Notes: generated by a model not told the origin, from the sequence alone. DNA of 64,000 nucleotides from an uncultured Gemmatimonadales bacterium (GCA_963798085.1 CAWCRS010000003.1:992001-1056000); one strand, 5' to 3'. Shown: positions 49,563 to 61,844, counted from the first letter of the stretch. Numbers and translations: made by a program.

Positions 49563-52032
49563 ATGGGTGAGTTGCTGGCGGATGTCCGGTATGCGCTGCG
49601 CACGATGCGGCGGAGTCCGGGCTTTGCTGTGGTCGCGGTACTGACGCTGGCGCTGGGCATTGGCGCGAACAGCGCGATCTTCAGTGTGGTGAACGGTGTC
49701 GTGCTGAAGCCGCTGCCGTACGCGGTACCGGACCGGCTGGTATCGCTGGCCACTCAGTTTCCCAGCCTGGGTTTCGATCGCTTCTGGTTTTCGCCGCCGG
49801 AGTATTTCGAGCTGGGGGAGTGGAGCCACTCGCTGGAGACGATCGGCGGGTACCGCACGGGCATTCTCTAGTGTGGGTGGCATTGAGCGGCCGGTGCGCG
49901 TGACATTGGCGATTGCGACGGCGGGGTTCTTCCGCACGCTCGGTGTGAGTGCCGAGCTGGGGCGAGCTTTCACGCGGGAAGAGGACATGCCTAACGCGGC
50001 GCCAGTGGTGGTGCTGTCGCACGAGCTGTGGCAGAGCGCGTTCGCGGGGGACCGCGCGATCGTGGGCCAGAACGCAATGGTGAACGGTGTGCAGCGCCAG
50101 GTCGTGGGCGTGATGCCGCGCGGCTTCGACATTGAGGATGCAGGCGTGCAGCTGTGGGTGCCGACGGGTCTGGATCCGGCGCAGCGCACGAACAATCGCG
50201 GCAGTCATTTCCTGAACGTGGTGGGTCGCCTGCGGGCGGGCAGCAGCCTGGAGCAGGCGAGGACGGAGATGGAGGCGTTGCTGCAGCGGTGGCACAACGA
50301 GCTGGGCGGTACGACGCACGCGCCTGATCCCGAGCGCCACCGCATTGTGATCAATTCGCTGCGCGGCGAGCTGATCGGGCCGGTGCGGCGAGCGCTCTTC
50401 CTGCTGCTGGGCGCAGTGGGCTTTGTGTTGCTCATCGCGTGCGCGAACATGGCGAATCTGCAGCTGGCGAGGGCGGAGTCACGTCAGACGGAGATCGCGG
50501 TGCGCGCGGCCATGGGCGCGGGCCGGCAGCGGCTGGTACGGCAGTTCCTGACGGAAGCGATGTGTTATGCGCTGGTGGGCGGCGCTGTGGGTCTGGGTAT
50601 GGCGGTGCTGGGCACGAAGCTGCTGCTGGCCGGGAGCGCGCACAGTGTGCCGCGCACGGCGGATATCAGCCTGGATGGCCGGGTGGTGCTGTTCACGCTG
50701 GCGGTGTCACTGCTGACCGGCATCCTGTTCGGGCTGGCGCCGCTGCTCAATCTCACGAATCGCAGCACCAACTCGGCATTGCGTGAGGGTGGCGCACGCG
50801 CCACGGCGAGCCGCGGTCGGCAGCGGCTGCGCCGGCTGCTGGTGGTGTCGGAGACTGCGCTCGCTGTGGTGCTGGCGGTGGGCTCGGCGCTGATGCTGCG
50901 CAGTTTTGCGGCGCTGCAGAGCGTGGATCCGGGATTCGACCCGCACAACCTGCTGACATTCGGGTTGTATCTGCCCGGCACCGCCTACCCCCACAACGAG
51001 GAGCAGGCCGGATTCTACACGCGGCTGGAGAGTCAGCTGAAGGCGCTGCCAGCAGTGACCGGTGTGGCCGCCATGAGCGGGCTGCCGCCACGACGGAATG
51101 TGAACGCCAACGACATGGAGTTCGAGGGCTACGTGTTCGTGCCCAACTCGGGCAAGCCCGTGCCCAACGCGGACTACTGGCAGTACATAACAGCGGATTA
51201 TCTGGAGACGATGCAGATCCCGCTGGTGTCGGGTCGTGGGTTCCGCCCGGGCGATGATGCGACGGCGCCGCCGGTGGCGCTCATCAACGAGCGCCTGGCG
51301 AAGCTGTTCTATGCGGGCCAGGATCCCATCGGCCGGCGGCTGCGACCCGGATTCGGTCCCAACAACACGCCGCCGCCCTGGTTCACCATTGTGGGTGTGG
51401 TGAAGGACGTGAAGCAGGGCGGCCTGGAGCAGCAGGCCGGCAGCGAGGTGTATTTCCACTACCCGCAGGTGGGGCCGATCATCGGTATTCCACGCACCAT
51501 GAACGTCGTGGTGCGCACGACACGCCCGCCGCTCGGGCTGCTGGACGCAGTGCGGGCCGAGGTGCGCGCCATCGATCCGCAGCTGCCAATGTCGAGCCCC
51601 GGTGACATGGAATCCGTGCTGGGCGCTTCCATCGCGCGGCCCCGCTTCCTGACACTGCTGTTAGGCATCTTCGCGGCTGTCGCGCTTTCGCTCGCGGCCG
51701 TGGGCACGTACGGCGTGATGTCCTACTCGGTAACGCAGCGCCGGCTGGAGCTGGGCGTGCGCATGGCGCTGGGCGCGGGTGCGCGTGGCGTGCTGGGTCT
51801 CGTTCTGGGACAGGGGCTGGCCGTGGCCGGCGTCGGCCTGCTGCTCGGTGTGGGCGGTTCCTTCGCACTCAGCCGGCTGCTGCGCTCGCTGCTCTTCGAG
51901 GTGAAGACCACGGACGCCATCGCCTTCATCACCGCGCCTGCATTACTGGGCATCGTGGCCCTCGCCGCGTGCGCGATTCCCGCGTTGCGCGCGGCGAGGC
52001 TGGATCCCGCGAAAGTGCTGCGCCGGGAATAG
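49563..52032 (+). CDS. ADOP-type duplicated ABC permease; frameshift near 49865
   Basis: [30 protein letters not shown] continues in ORF 49873-52032 ([21 protein letters not shown]). Confidence 0.88.
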
Positions 52033-52539
52033 GCCCGAGGCCCGGGCGCCCTCATGCGCAGGCGGAGCTTCATTGCGTCGCCCGTTCAGTCGCTGCCTCG
52101 GCGTGTCCTGACCTGAACGGGACGCAACCGGCAGCGCCAGTCCGCCGACGCACAACTCCTCCGGGACCCGGCGTCGGCGCATCGACGGGCATGCGGGTCA
52201 AGACCTTTTGCCCTGACGCTGTGCTTTCCGCCGGACCGGCGATCCGGCGCGAACCATGCGCGCATGCTATAATGCTCACGGCACCACACCTGTTCTCCCG
52301 CGGGTTGCGCAGGGCCGCGAGAGGGCGATCCACCCAGCAGGCAATTCAATCGAGCGCGACGGCACTCACTGCCGCGCGGTGCTTCGAGACGATTCTCGAC
52401 GCGAACCGCGTCGGTGACCCGCTGCTTTGCCATTTTCCGCATTGAGCGTGACTCGTAGCAGGTGATGCAACTGCCGGCCCGGCTCCCCTTGGCAGGCAGT
52501 CCTTTACGCGCCTGATGGCGCTACCCCCATGGAGGCACC

Positions 52540-53358
52540 ATGCGCATGGTTCAACGTCTCTTTCTGGCCCTGCTGTTGCTCGCAATCCCCGGCGGTTCCC
52601 TGCTGGCGCAGGGCATGCCGATCAAGCAGCCGAACCGGCTCATGATCTTCGTCGAGAGCCTGAAGCCGGGGACCGACACGGACCACGCGGTGAACGAGTC
52701 CGGCTGGCCGGCCGCGTACGCCAGAGCCAACTCGCCCTACTATTACCTGGCGCTTTCCTCCATGACCGGGCCCAGCGAGGTCTGGTTCGTGTCACCGTAC
52801 GATTCCTACGCCGCCGAGGCGAAGCAAATGAAGACGGAGGGCGACGATGCCGCGTTGAACGCCGAGTTCGACCGGCTGGCGCGAGCCGACGCGCAGTACC
52901 TCAGTGACACACAGTCGTTCGAGGCCATCGCGCGGCCGGACCTGAGCTACGGTCAATTCCCGGATCTCGGACTGGCGCGCTTCTTCGGCGTCACCCTGCT
53001 CCGCATCCGGATGGGCCATGGGGATGCATTCGAGGCCGCCGCCAAGGTCTACATGACCAACTTCAAGAGAGCGAATCCCAGCGGCAGCTACCGCATGTAC
53101 CAGGTCATCAACGGCATGCCGGGAGTGAATTATCTGGTGTTCTCGACCGTCAATGACTACGCAGCGCTGGACGCGGCCATGGCGGCCGATAACGCCATGT
53201 TCCAGGGCATGAACCCGAAGGACATGGCCATGCTCCAGAAGTCGATGACCGACGACTTCCAGAATATCATCTCGAATCGCTACCGGCTGAGCCCGAGCAT
53301 GTCCTACGTCTCCGCGGAGACGAAGGCGAAGGATCCGGCCTTCTGGAACAAACACTGA
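52540..53358 (+). CDS. Secreted hypothetical protein, possibly two NIPSNAP-like domains
   Basis: Signal peptide, GGAGG ribosome-binding site, strong codon bias. Confidence 0.75.
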   Translation: MRMVQRLFLALLLLAIPGGSLLAQGMPIKQPNRLMIFVESLKPGTDTDHAVNESGWPAAYARANSPYYYLALSSMTGPSEVWFVSPYDSYAAEAKQMKTEGDDAALNAEFDRLARADAQYLSDTQSFEAIARPDLSYGQFPDLGLARFFGVTLLRIRMGHGDAFEAAAKVYMTNFKRANPSGSYRMYQVINGMPGVNYLVFSTVNDYAALDAAMAADNAMFQGMNPKDMAMLQKSMTDDFQNIISNRYRLSPSMSYVSAETKAKDPAFWNKH

Positions 53359-53371
53359 GTCAGTTCTTCGT

Positions 53372-53402
53372 CCGGGGGCCCTTCCACGCGGAGGGCTCCC
53401 GG
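53372..53402 (+). terminator. Hairpin after the stop, putative terminator
   Basis: CCGGGGGCCCTTCC-ACGC-GGAGGGCTCCCGG; no U-tract. Confidence 0.5.
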
Positions 53403-53674
53403 CGGTGGGTGCAAGTCTCTGACTTCCGCGAGCCCAGGGGTCAATGTGTCCGTGCGCAACAAATGTTGGCGAGCGCGCGAGACCTCACGACGGCGGAGCG
53501 ACTGCGGCCGGGCTGCGCGGAAGCCTGAAGGCGTATCGAGCAGACGTAGTCCGCTGCAGCCAAGATGCGCAGGTGGAGGCAGTGCCAGCCCGGCCTCGAC
53601 AGCGTCAGCGCACGCCCGGATGATCGCCCTGGCCAGGCCTGTGGCCGGGTGCTTCTGGCAAGATCCGGTCTGGC

Positions 53675-53690
53675 TGGCACATTACCTGCT
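53675..53690 (+). promoter_or_regulatory. Sigma54-like promoter upstream of the helicase gene
   Basis: TGGCACATTACCTGCT (TGGCAC, GG-N10-GC). Confidence 0.55.
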
Positions 53691-53919
53691 GCTGCGTGTA
53701 GCACAGTTCGCGGCGTTCTGCTGGTTCGATCCGATTTCGTCCCACAACCCCGCCACTATTGAACCGGAGCGACCGCGCGGCAGACCCCACCCGGGTTTCC
53801 TCTCGAGAACATCCGATCAGCGTGGCGACTCGCCGCCCGGTGACAGCGAAATGCGCTGTTACCATGGCACTCGCGCAGGAATGACCTGCGCGTCGCCACA
53901 CCCATGAACAAAGGGAACA

Positions 53920-55170
<1,251 letters not shown>

Positions 55171-55194
55171 GCCACTAACGCGGCGTCAGGCGGG

Positions 55195-56595
55195 TCAGGG
55201 CGTGCCGCCGCCGTTCCCGCCACCGCGGCCGGCGCGTCCCCCGCGATCGCCGCCGCGGCCGACGGGGGGCTGCGGCCCGCCGTGGAAGAACTGGCCGGGC
55301 GTCATGATGCCGTTCTGCTTGAACACCATGCCGTCCTTCATGACGAATTGCACGTTGCGCAGCGCGTCGATGTCAGCGAGCGGATTGCCCTGCACTGCGA
55401 TGAGGTCGGCGAGCAGCCCGGCCCGGATGGGGCCGCGCGTGTTCTCGGTCTGCGCCACGCGGTAGCCGTTCACGGTCATGGCGCGCAGGATATCCACGTT
55501 CGGAATCTTCGCATCCTTCCATGTCGTCAGGAACTCGATCGCCACCTCGCCCCGGGTCCTGCCGGGCACGAAGTAGTCGGCATCCGTGGAGAATGCCAGC
55601 AACACCTTGTTATCGTATGCGTTCTTCAGCAGTTCGACCGTACGCTGGTAGCGCTGCGGACTGGTGTGGCCGGTGAGCGTGATGGGGGTCTCCGTGCCAC
55701 AGCGCCAGATGCCTTTCTGCGCCATCAGCTTGTGGATCTCGTCGGTCATGCCGTTGTCGTGGGCAATGGACCAGATGCCGGCCTCGACCGCGCGCCGGGC
55801 GCCAGCGACGGTCTGCACGTGGCCCTCCACCTTGAGTCCGGCCTTCGCCGCCTCCGCAATGACGAGCCTGATGTCGTCTACCGAGTAGCCCCATGGCTTG
55901 CAGTCGACGCAGATCTTGATGACACGCGCACCGAACAGCTCGTTCTGGCGCACCGCCTTCACGATCTCGTCAGGCGTGTCCGCGTCGAGGTATTCGGGAT
56001 ACACGATGTCGTGCTGCTTCGCCATCTCCGGCGTGGGCGAGAACTGGCCGCCCATGCCGCCGATGATGATGCCGGAGTTGATGATCGTGGGCCCGGGGAT
56101 CCAGCCCTGCTCGATGGCCTGGCGCAGCGCCGTGTCGGCATAGTTGCCGTTGTTGCCCATGTCACGCACGATGGTGAAGCCGGCGGCCAGCATCTGCATG
56201 CCGTTCGATGCCGCCTGGATGGCGCGCAGCGGCGTCGAGTCCAGCACGTACGTCAGGTAGTAGTTGTTGTTCTCGGGCACTTCCTTGTAGGTAAGCGCGA
56301 GATGGTTGTGTGCATCGACGAGCCCGGGCAGCACCGTGAGCTGCGAGAGGTCGATCACCTGCGCGCCCGCGGGAATCGGGACATTGGGTCCGATGGCCGT
56401 GAAGCGCGCGTTCTCGACCACGATCACCTGGTTGCTGAGCACGGTGCCCGCCTCCGGGTCGATCAGGCGACCCGCGCGAATCACGATCGGGGCGGGCGAG
56501 GCCTGAGGCACCGCCTGCGCCGCGAGATGCGACGTCGAAGCGAACAGCAGGACTGCGAGACTGCGCAGCCGTCGACACCACGATGCGAGTTTCAT
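55195..56595 (-). CDS. Secreted amidohydrolase, Xaa-Pro dipeptidase-like
   Basis: LPGLVDAHNH, GFTIVRDMG and ADLIAV.GNPL motifs. Confidence 0.88.
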   Translation of the reverse strand: MKLASWCRRLRSLAVLLFASTSHLAAQAVPQASPAPIVIRAGRLIDPEAGTVLSNQVIVVENARFTAIGPNVPIPAGAQVIDLSQLTVLPGLVDAHNHLALTYKEVPENNNYYLTYVLDSTPLRAIQAASNGMQMLAAGFTIVRDMGNNGNYADTALRQAIEQGWIPGPTIINSGIIIGGMGGQFSPTPEMAKQHDIVYPEYLDADTPDEIVKAVRQNELFGARVIKICVDCKPWGYSVDDIRLVIAEAAKAGLKVEGHVQTVAGARRAVEAGIWSIAHDNGMTDEIHKLMAQKGIWRCGTETPITLTGHTSPQRYQRTVELLKNAYDNKVLLAFSTDADYFVPGRTRGEVAIEFLTTWKDAKIPNVDILRAMTVNGYRVAQTENTRGPIRAGLLADLIAVQGNPLADIDALRNVQFVMKDGMVFKQNGIMTPGQFFHGGPQPPVGRGGDRGGRAGRGGGNGGGTP

Positions 56596-56805
56596 GGGCG
56601 CGCCTCGGCGTGACCGTTGTCGTGAGCGGATCGCCTGTGCGGGTCAGGCGACGATGGGTGGTCCGGGTTGCCTGAGACTATCGAGCCAACGGCCCACCGC
56701 AAGATCGCTGCAGTGGAACGCAGGCGGGGCGCTCACAGCCAGCACCACCGCCGCGAACCGCACGTGGCTGTGTCGCCTGCAACAGGCTGTTCTCCGACGA
56801 GCCGG

Positions 56806-57999
56806 TCAGCGCCTCACGAGGGGGTACAGCGCGACGACCTCACGATCCACGTCATCCTGGGTCACGCCGAGGATGTAATCGGCTCCGATCTCGAGGATGC
56901 GGAGAGCGGGCGTGTGCACGCGGCCGAGCGGCTCTCCGGCCGCCGAGAGGACTTCCCAGATGAGGCGAGCCGCATCGGCAGGATCCTCGCGGCCGACCCA
57001 CACTCTGTTCAGCCGATCCACCTGCAGGGCGGCGAAAGCCGGATGCGTCGGGCGATTCGGCAACTCGGCATAGAATCGCTCCCACATCTGCGCGCGCTCA
57101 CCGCTTCCCATGCGACGCAGGTGGTCCTGTTTCCACGCGCGCAGCTCGGCATCGGTGGTGGCGGGTGCGGGAGCGCGCGAACGGATGATCGTCGTGCGCC
57201 GGCCGGTCGCGTCGAAGGTGGACACCTGCCACGTGTCGCTGGCGCCAATGACAATCGTGTTCGCAGCCGCGGAAGCGAAGACATTGCGCCCGAAGGGAAT
57301 TTCCGAGCGCAGCGCCGCGTCGCCGACGCGGCCGAAGTACTGCTCGCTGCCCGGGAACGCGGCGATGGAGTCGAGGCGGGCACCCCCACGATCGAACAGG
57401 AAGTAGGGCACCGTGTCGCGCCGCTCACCGCGCGTGAAGATGCGATTGAAGCCCGGGACCACGAGCAGGGTCCCGTTGTCCAGCGTACCGACCGGCTCGG
57501 GGTATCCGGCATCGGGACTGGGCGGCTGCATGACGGACGCCCCCGACAGCTGTCCGTCGCCATTGAAGCGCGAGAGGCGGCGCGTCATGACGTCGTAGAC
57601 GAGGCTGGTATCGCCGGGCAGAACCTGCAGCGAGAACATGCCGCGGAATTCACCCGGTCCGCTGCCCGAGCGGCCGGTCGTCAGCGCGAGTGTGCCATCC
57701 GGCCGGAAGAAGCGCAGCTCGCCGCTCGTGCCATTGCCCAGCACCACGCGCCCGTCGGAGAGCACGCCGCCGCCGCGCACGCCGAACAGGTCGTGCCCGG
57801 GCCGCGCGTCCTGCCCACCGATCGTGAGGCGAGGCGAAGCGCCCAGGGTCCAGTCGGGAAGCGGCAGTGTCGCGATGTTCTCGATCTCGACGATGCGCAC
57901 CCCGGCACTGTCGCGCGTGACCGGCCCTGCGGAGGGTCTGGCTGTTTCGCCGCACGCCGCGAGCGAGAGCACGACCACGAGCACACCGGGCATTCGCAT
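56806..57999 (-). CDS. 6-bladed beta-propeller lipoprotein
   Basis: Lipobox LAAC; RDSAGVRIVE; GRSGSGPGEF. Confidence 0.8.
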   Translation of the reverse strand: MRMPGVLVVVLSLAACGETARPSAGPVTRDSAGVRIVEIENIATLPLPDWTLGASPRLTIGGQDARPGHDLFGVRGGGVLSDGRVVLGNGTSGELRFFRPDGTLALTTGRSGSGPGEFRGMFSLQVLPGDTSLVYDVMTRRLSRFNGDGQLSGASVMQPPSPDAGYPEPVGTLDNGTLLVVPGFNRIFTRGERRDTVPYFLFDRGGARLDSIAAFPGSEQYFGRVGDAALRSEIPFGRNVFASAAANTIVIGASDTWQVSTFDATGRRTTIIRSRAPAPATTDAELRAWKQDHLRRMGSGERAQMWERFYAELPNRPTHPAFAALQVDRLNRVWVGREDPADAARLIWEVLSAAGEPLGRVHTPALRILEIGADYILGVTQDDVDREVVALYPLVRR

Positions 58000-58402
58000 G
58001 GTTCGCGTATCGATTGCGCGTTTCACACCGGCCGCCATTTCTCTCGCGCACGGCATGGTAGTCGAACGACGGCACCGAAGGGCGCGCGCTCGCGGACGCG
58101 TGTCATGATCTGCATCGCTGCGTGCCAGCCTCCAGATCAGGTGCATTCGCCGGAGATTACGTGAGCAACTGTGACCCGGGTTTCGCCGAGCCAACCGCGC
58201 CGACATTAGGACAACGCCCGCATCTCGCGCGTTGCTGTCACGAAGAAGGGCTTCGCGTTGATCAAGGCCCAGACTTCCCGTGAAACCCGATCCACTCCGT
58301 ATCCCGGCCCGGTCCCGAACACCCTGGACTGGTACGCTCGGACCGTGCTGGCAAGTGGTCGGACCGACCCGGGCAATGGGCTGACCGACGTGGGCAAGTG
58401 GC

Positions 58403-58543
58403 CGGACCGTCTTGGCGTTCTTTCCTTTCGACCGCACAGGAAATCGGCATGACACATTGTCGCATGAAAAGCGTCAATTGATATCTGAGCGGGTCTACTG
58501 CATGGGTGGACCGGCCGGAACGCAAGAACGCCAACCCGGTCCG
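58403..58543. repeat. 141-bp element, copy 6
   Basis: CGGACCGTCTTGGCGTTCTTTCCTT ... AACGCAAGAACGCCAACCCGGTCCG. Confidence 0.9.
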
Positions 58544-58727
58544 ATACGATATGTCGATGCGTTCAGCATCGGACCGGGCTCTCATTCTGCGATGCGACTC
58601 GCCCAAGGACTTGTGGGCCGCGCCAGCTTCCGGGCCTGAGCTTCCGGACTGCACTGAATCTCCGGATCCTGCCTTGCCGGACTGCTCTGAACTTCCGGAC
58701 CTGAACAGCGGGACTGCTCTGAACCTC

Positions 58728-58869
58728 CGGACCGTGTTGGCATTCTTGCGTTACGGGTCGATCGGCCATGCCCTCGACCCATCATCGCATGCGAAATGGT
58801 CAATCGATACGTCAGCGGGCCGTGAGCATGGGCGGGTGCGCCGAAAGGAAAGAATGCCAAACTGGTCCG
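58728..58869. repeat. 142-bp element, copy 7
   Basis: CGGACCGTGTTGGCATTCTTGCGTT ... core CATGCGAAATGGTCAATCGATACG ... AAGGAAAGAATGCCAAACTGGTCCG. Confidence 0.9.
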
Positions 58870-58957
58870 GAAGCGCATGCCGGGTCCAGTCCAAAGAGCC
58901 GAGCTGCCGGACTGCTCTGAACTTGCGGACCTGAACAGCGGGACTGCTCTGAACCTC

Positions 58958-59099
58958 CGGACCGTGTTGGCATTCTTGCGTTACGGGTCGATCGGCCATG
59001 CCCTCGACCCATCATCGCATGCGAAACGGTCAATCGATACGTCAGCGGGCCGTGAGCATGGGCGGGTGCGCCGAAAGGAAAGAATGCCAAGCTGGTCCG
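58958..59099. repeat. 142-bp element, copy 8 (near-identical to copy 7)
   Basis: Part of a 195-bp direct duplication with a 230-bp offset. Confidence 0.9.
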
Positions 59100-59178
59100 A
59101 CAGGGTCCAATGTGAAAGTGTCGTAAAGCCGGGACGGCGTCCGTTGCCGCTCGGGCTGCCCGGACATAGGGTCGGTGG

Positions 59179-61116
59179 ATGACTCCAGTGCGGATGGGTC
59201 CGGGCGACCGTGCCCGGCAGGGTCGGCTGATCGGTTTCGTGGCGCCGCTCGTGCTGGTGGTGGTCTTTGCGGCGGCGCTCGCGTTCCAGGCGCTGGATGC
59301 GACGCGCTCGCACCGCGAGGCGGTGGCGCATACGCTGCGCGACTACGCTGGCTTCGCGGCGTTCATCGTGACGAACGCGGCGCGCCAGGAGCTGGAGCGA
59401 CGGCTCACGTACGCGTTCAGTCCCATCTTCCGCTATCAGCCGGAGTCGGGCGAGCCGCTGCCACCGGCCTCGGCGCTGGGCCAGGAGCGCGTGGAAGCGC
59501 AGCGTTGTGCGACGGCGGGTGTGCCCGATCCGACCTACTATCGCCTGGATCTTTCGAACAATTCATTAACCACAGCCGGGCCGGCGCCTTCCGCCAGCAC
59601 GCTGCAATGGCTGGCGGACACGCTGCGGGTCGCAGCGCCCGCGTTCCACGGCGATTGGGCGTTCGCACACATCTTCGGCGATGCGCACGCGGCGGCGCTC
59701 ATCGCCTACCGCGTGCTGCACGACTCCGCCGGGCACGCGCTGGCGGTGTACGCCAAGACCAGCTGCTTCGCGCTGCCGCGGCAGTCGCTTTTCGCGGCGG
59801 CGCTGCAGGCGGGACCGGCACTGCCTCCGTTTCTAACGGGCGGGCTGGCTAACGATTCATTGCTATCCGTGCGCGTGACCGATCCGCACGGAGACTCCAT
59901 CTGGGCATCCTCCCCGCAATACCAGGGCGGGCCCTCGGGCGAGGCAGGTTCGGCGTGGCCGCAGTCGGGTGGGCTGCGGCTGGCTGTGACCATCCGGCCC
60001 GACATCGCCAAACAGCTGGTTATCGGCGGCATGCCGCCGTCGCGGCTGCCCATGGCGGTGCTGCTGCTGGCGCTCAGCATTCTGTTTGCAGGCTACGCGG
60101 TATTGCAGTTGCGCCGGGAGCAGGAGCTGCTGCGGCTGCGTGAGCAGTTCGTGTCCAACGTCTCGCACGAGTTGCGCACGCCGCTGCAGCAGATCCTCAT
60201 GTTCGCCGAGCTGCTGAACATGGACGCCCTGCCCTCCGATGCGGAGCGCAGGCACTCAATGCAGGTAGTGGAGAGGGAGACGCGTCGTCTCATCCAGCTG
60301 GTGGAGAATGTGCTCCAGTTTTCGCGCGCGACGCAGGGCGAGGACACACTGTCCGAGCAGGTGGTGGCGCTCGAGCCGCTGGCGAGGGAGACCCTGCAGG
60401 CGTTCGCGCCACTGGCCCGTGCGGGCAATGCGCGGCTCACACTGCGCATCGAGCGCGACCACTCCCGGCGAGACAACCGCACTAACGATTGCGTTAGAGA
60501 CATTCCGATGACAGTGACGCTGCGCGACAGCGACGCTGCGGGGCACGACGCAGCTCGATCCGCGACCGTGAACAAACAGCAGGTTGCCGCGGATCACGGC
60601 GCTGAACAGGCGGCAGCCGGAGGAGGCGCCGAGGCGGAATCGTCGCCTGCCAGATTCGTTGCCGGGCGTGAGGCCTCGAGCCCGCGAAGTGATCAGGCGG
60701 GATCCGCCGCGGACCAGGACACCGCGGCTCTGGTGGCAGCGGGCCCGTTCGCGATTGCCGATGCAGCGGCCTTGCGACGCGTGCTGCTAAATCTGCTGGA
60801 CAATGCGGTGAAGTACGGACCTGCGAATCAGACCGTAACGGTAACGCTGACAGCGAATGCCGAGCACGCGACACTGATTGTTGATGACGAAGGTCCGGGA
60901 ATCCCGGCGTCCGAGCGCGAGCGCGTGTGGCAGGCGTTCCAGCGGCTGGCGCGCGAGGAAGGCGCGGCCATTGCCGGCAGCGGCATGGGCCTGGCCATTG
61001 TGCACGACCTGGTGCAGCGCATGGGCGGCGCGGCGCGCATTGAGCAGGCACCCGCAGGCGGGGCGCGTTTCATTGTCGAGCTGCGAGCGGCAGCCGGCGG
61101 CGGTGCAACGCCATGA
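59179..61116 (+). CDS. Membrane sensor histidine kinase
   Basis: Two TM segments; VSHELRTPL, NLLDNAVKY, DDEGPGI and GSGMGLA motifs. Confidence 0.9.
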   Translation: MTPVRMGPGDRARQGRLIGFVAPLVLVVVFAAALAFQALDATRSHREAVAHTLRDYAGFAAFIVTNAARQELERRLTYAFSPIFRYQPESGEPLPPASALGQERVEAQRCATAGVPDPTYYRLDLSNNSLTTAGPAPSASTLQWLADTLRVAAPAFHGDWAFAHIFGDAHAAALIAYRVLHDSAGHALAVYAKTSCFALPRQSLFAAALQAGPALPPFLTGGLANDSLLSVRVTDPHGDSIWASSPQYQGGPSGEAGSAWPQSGGLRLAVTIRPDIAKQLVIGGMPPSRLPMAVLLLALSILFAGYAVLQLRREQELLRLREQFVSNVSHELRTPLQQILMFAELLNMDALPSDAERRHSMQVVERETRRLIQLVENVLQFSRATQGEDTLSEQVVALEPLARETLQAFAPLARAGNARLTLRIERDHSRRDNRTNDCVRDIPMTVTLRDSDAAGHDAARSATVNKQQVAADHGAEQAAAGGGAEAESSPARFVAGREASSPRSDQAGSAADQDTAALVAAGPFAIADAAALRRVLLNLLDNAVKYGPANQTVTVTLTANAEHATLIVDDEGPGIPASERERVWQAFQRLAREEGAAIAGSGMGLAIVHDLVQRMGGAARIEQAPAGGARFIVELRAAAGGGATP

Positions 61117-61844
61117 GCGTGCGCATTCTGCTCATCGAAGACAACGCCGATCTCGCACTCGGGCTGCGTCGCAGCCTGGAGCTGGAGGGCTACGATGTGC
61201 ACGTGTCGCCCGAGGGCGGGGGCGCGCTCGAGCGGTTGCGGCGCGAGGCGTGGGACCTCGTCGTGCTCGATCTGATGCTGCCGGGAATCAGCGGGTTCCA
61301 GGTGTTGCGCGCCATGCGTGCCGAAGGCAACGAGACGCCGGTGCTGATCCTCAGTGCCCGTGGCGAAGAAGCCGACAAGGTACAAGGCTTCCGCCTGGGC
61401 GCGGACAACTACGCGGTCAAGCCTATCGGCGTGTTAGAGCTGCTGGCGCGCGTGGAAGCCATGCTGCGCCGCGCGCGCCTGGCAGAAGCGAGCCAGCCCG
61501 TGAGGCAGGTATTCCGCTTCGGCGATGTGCGCGTCGACACCGGCACGCGTTCCGTGCAGCGCGACGGTGCACTGCTCGAGCTGAGTCCCAAGGAGTTCGA
61601 CCTGCTGCTCTACCTGCTGCGCAGTGGTGGCGTGGTCGTGAGCCGCGGCGAGCTGCTGCGCGAGGTGTGGGGCTACAAGCGCGCCGTGCCCACGCGGACG
61701 GTCGACGCGCACATCGCGCTGCTGCGCGGCAAGCTGGAAGCCGACCCATCCCGCCCGAAGTACCTGCTGACCGCACGCAAGGCCGGCTACCGGCTGGACG
61801 TTTCCGCCGCCCAGACTGACAGCACGTTGCGGCTCCCGGGCTGA
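61113..61844 (+). CDS. OmpR-family response regulator
   Basis: ILLIED, LDLMLP, KEFDLL and RTVDAHI motifs. Confidence 0.92.
   Translation: MSVRILLIEDNADLALGLRRSLELEGYDVHVSPEGGGALERLRREAWDLVVLDLMLPGISGFQVLRAMRAEGNETPVLILSARGEEADKVQGFRLGADNYAVKPIGVLELLARVEAMLRRARLAEASQPVRQVFRFGDVRVDTGTRSVQRDGALLELSPKEFDLLLYLLRSGGVVVSRGELLREVWGYKRAVPTRTVDAHIALLRGKLEADPSRPKYLLTARKAGYRLDVSAAQTDSTLRLPG

Noticed and set aside
4273..52032. Programmed frameshifts or pseudogenes in the VOC gene, nosZ, otsA and the second ADOP permease
   Set aside because: Isolated single-base indels in otherwise intact genes without slippery motifs; most simply long-read consensus errors.
58339..59099. CRISPR array
   Set aside because: The repeats are inverted pairs of a dispersed element plus a duplication, not direct repeats with unique spacers; no cas genes are present.
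58412..59331. Short ORFs sharing peptides such as QECQDGP, RTVLAFL and KERMP
   Set aside because: Translations of the repeat element in different frames, not a protein family.
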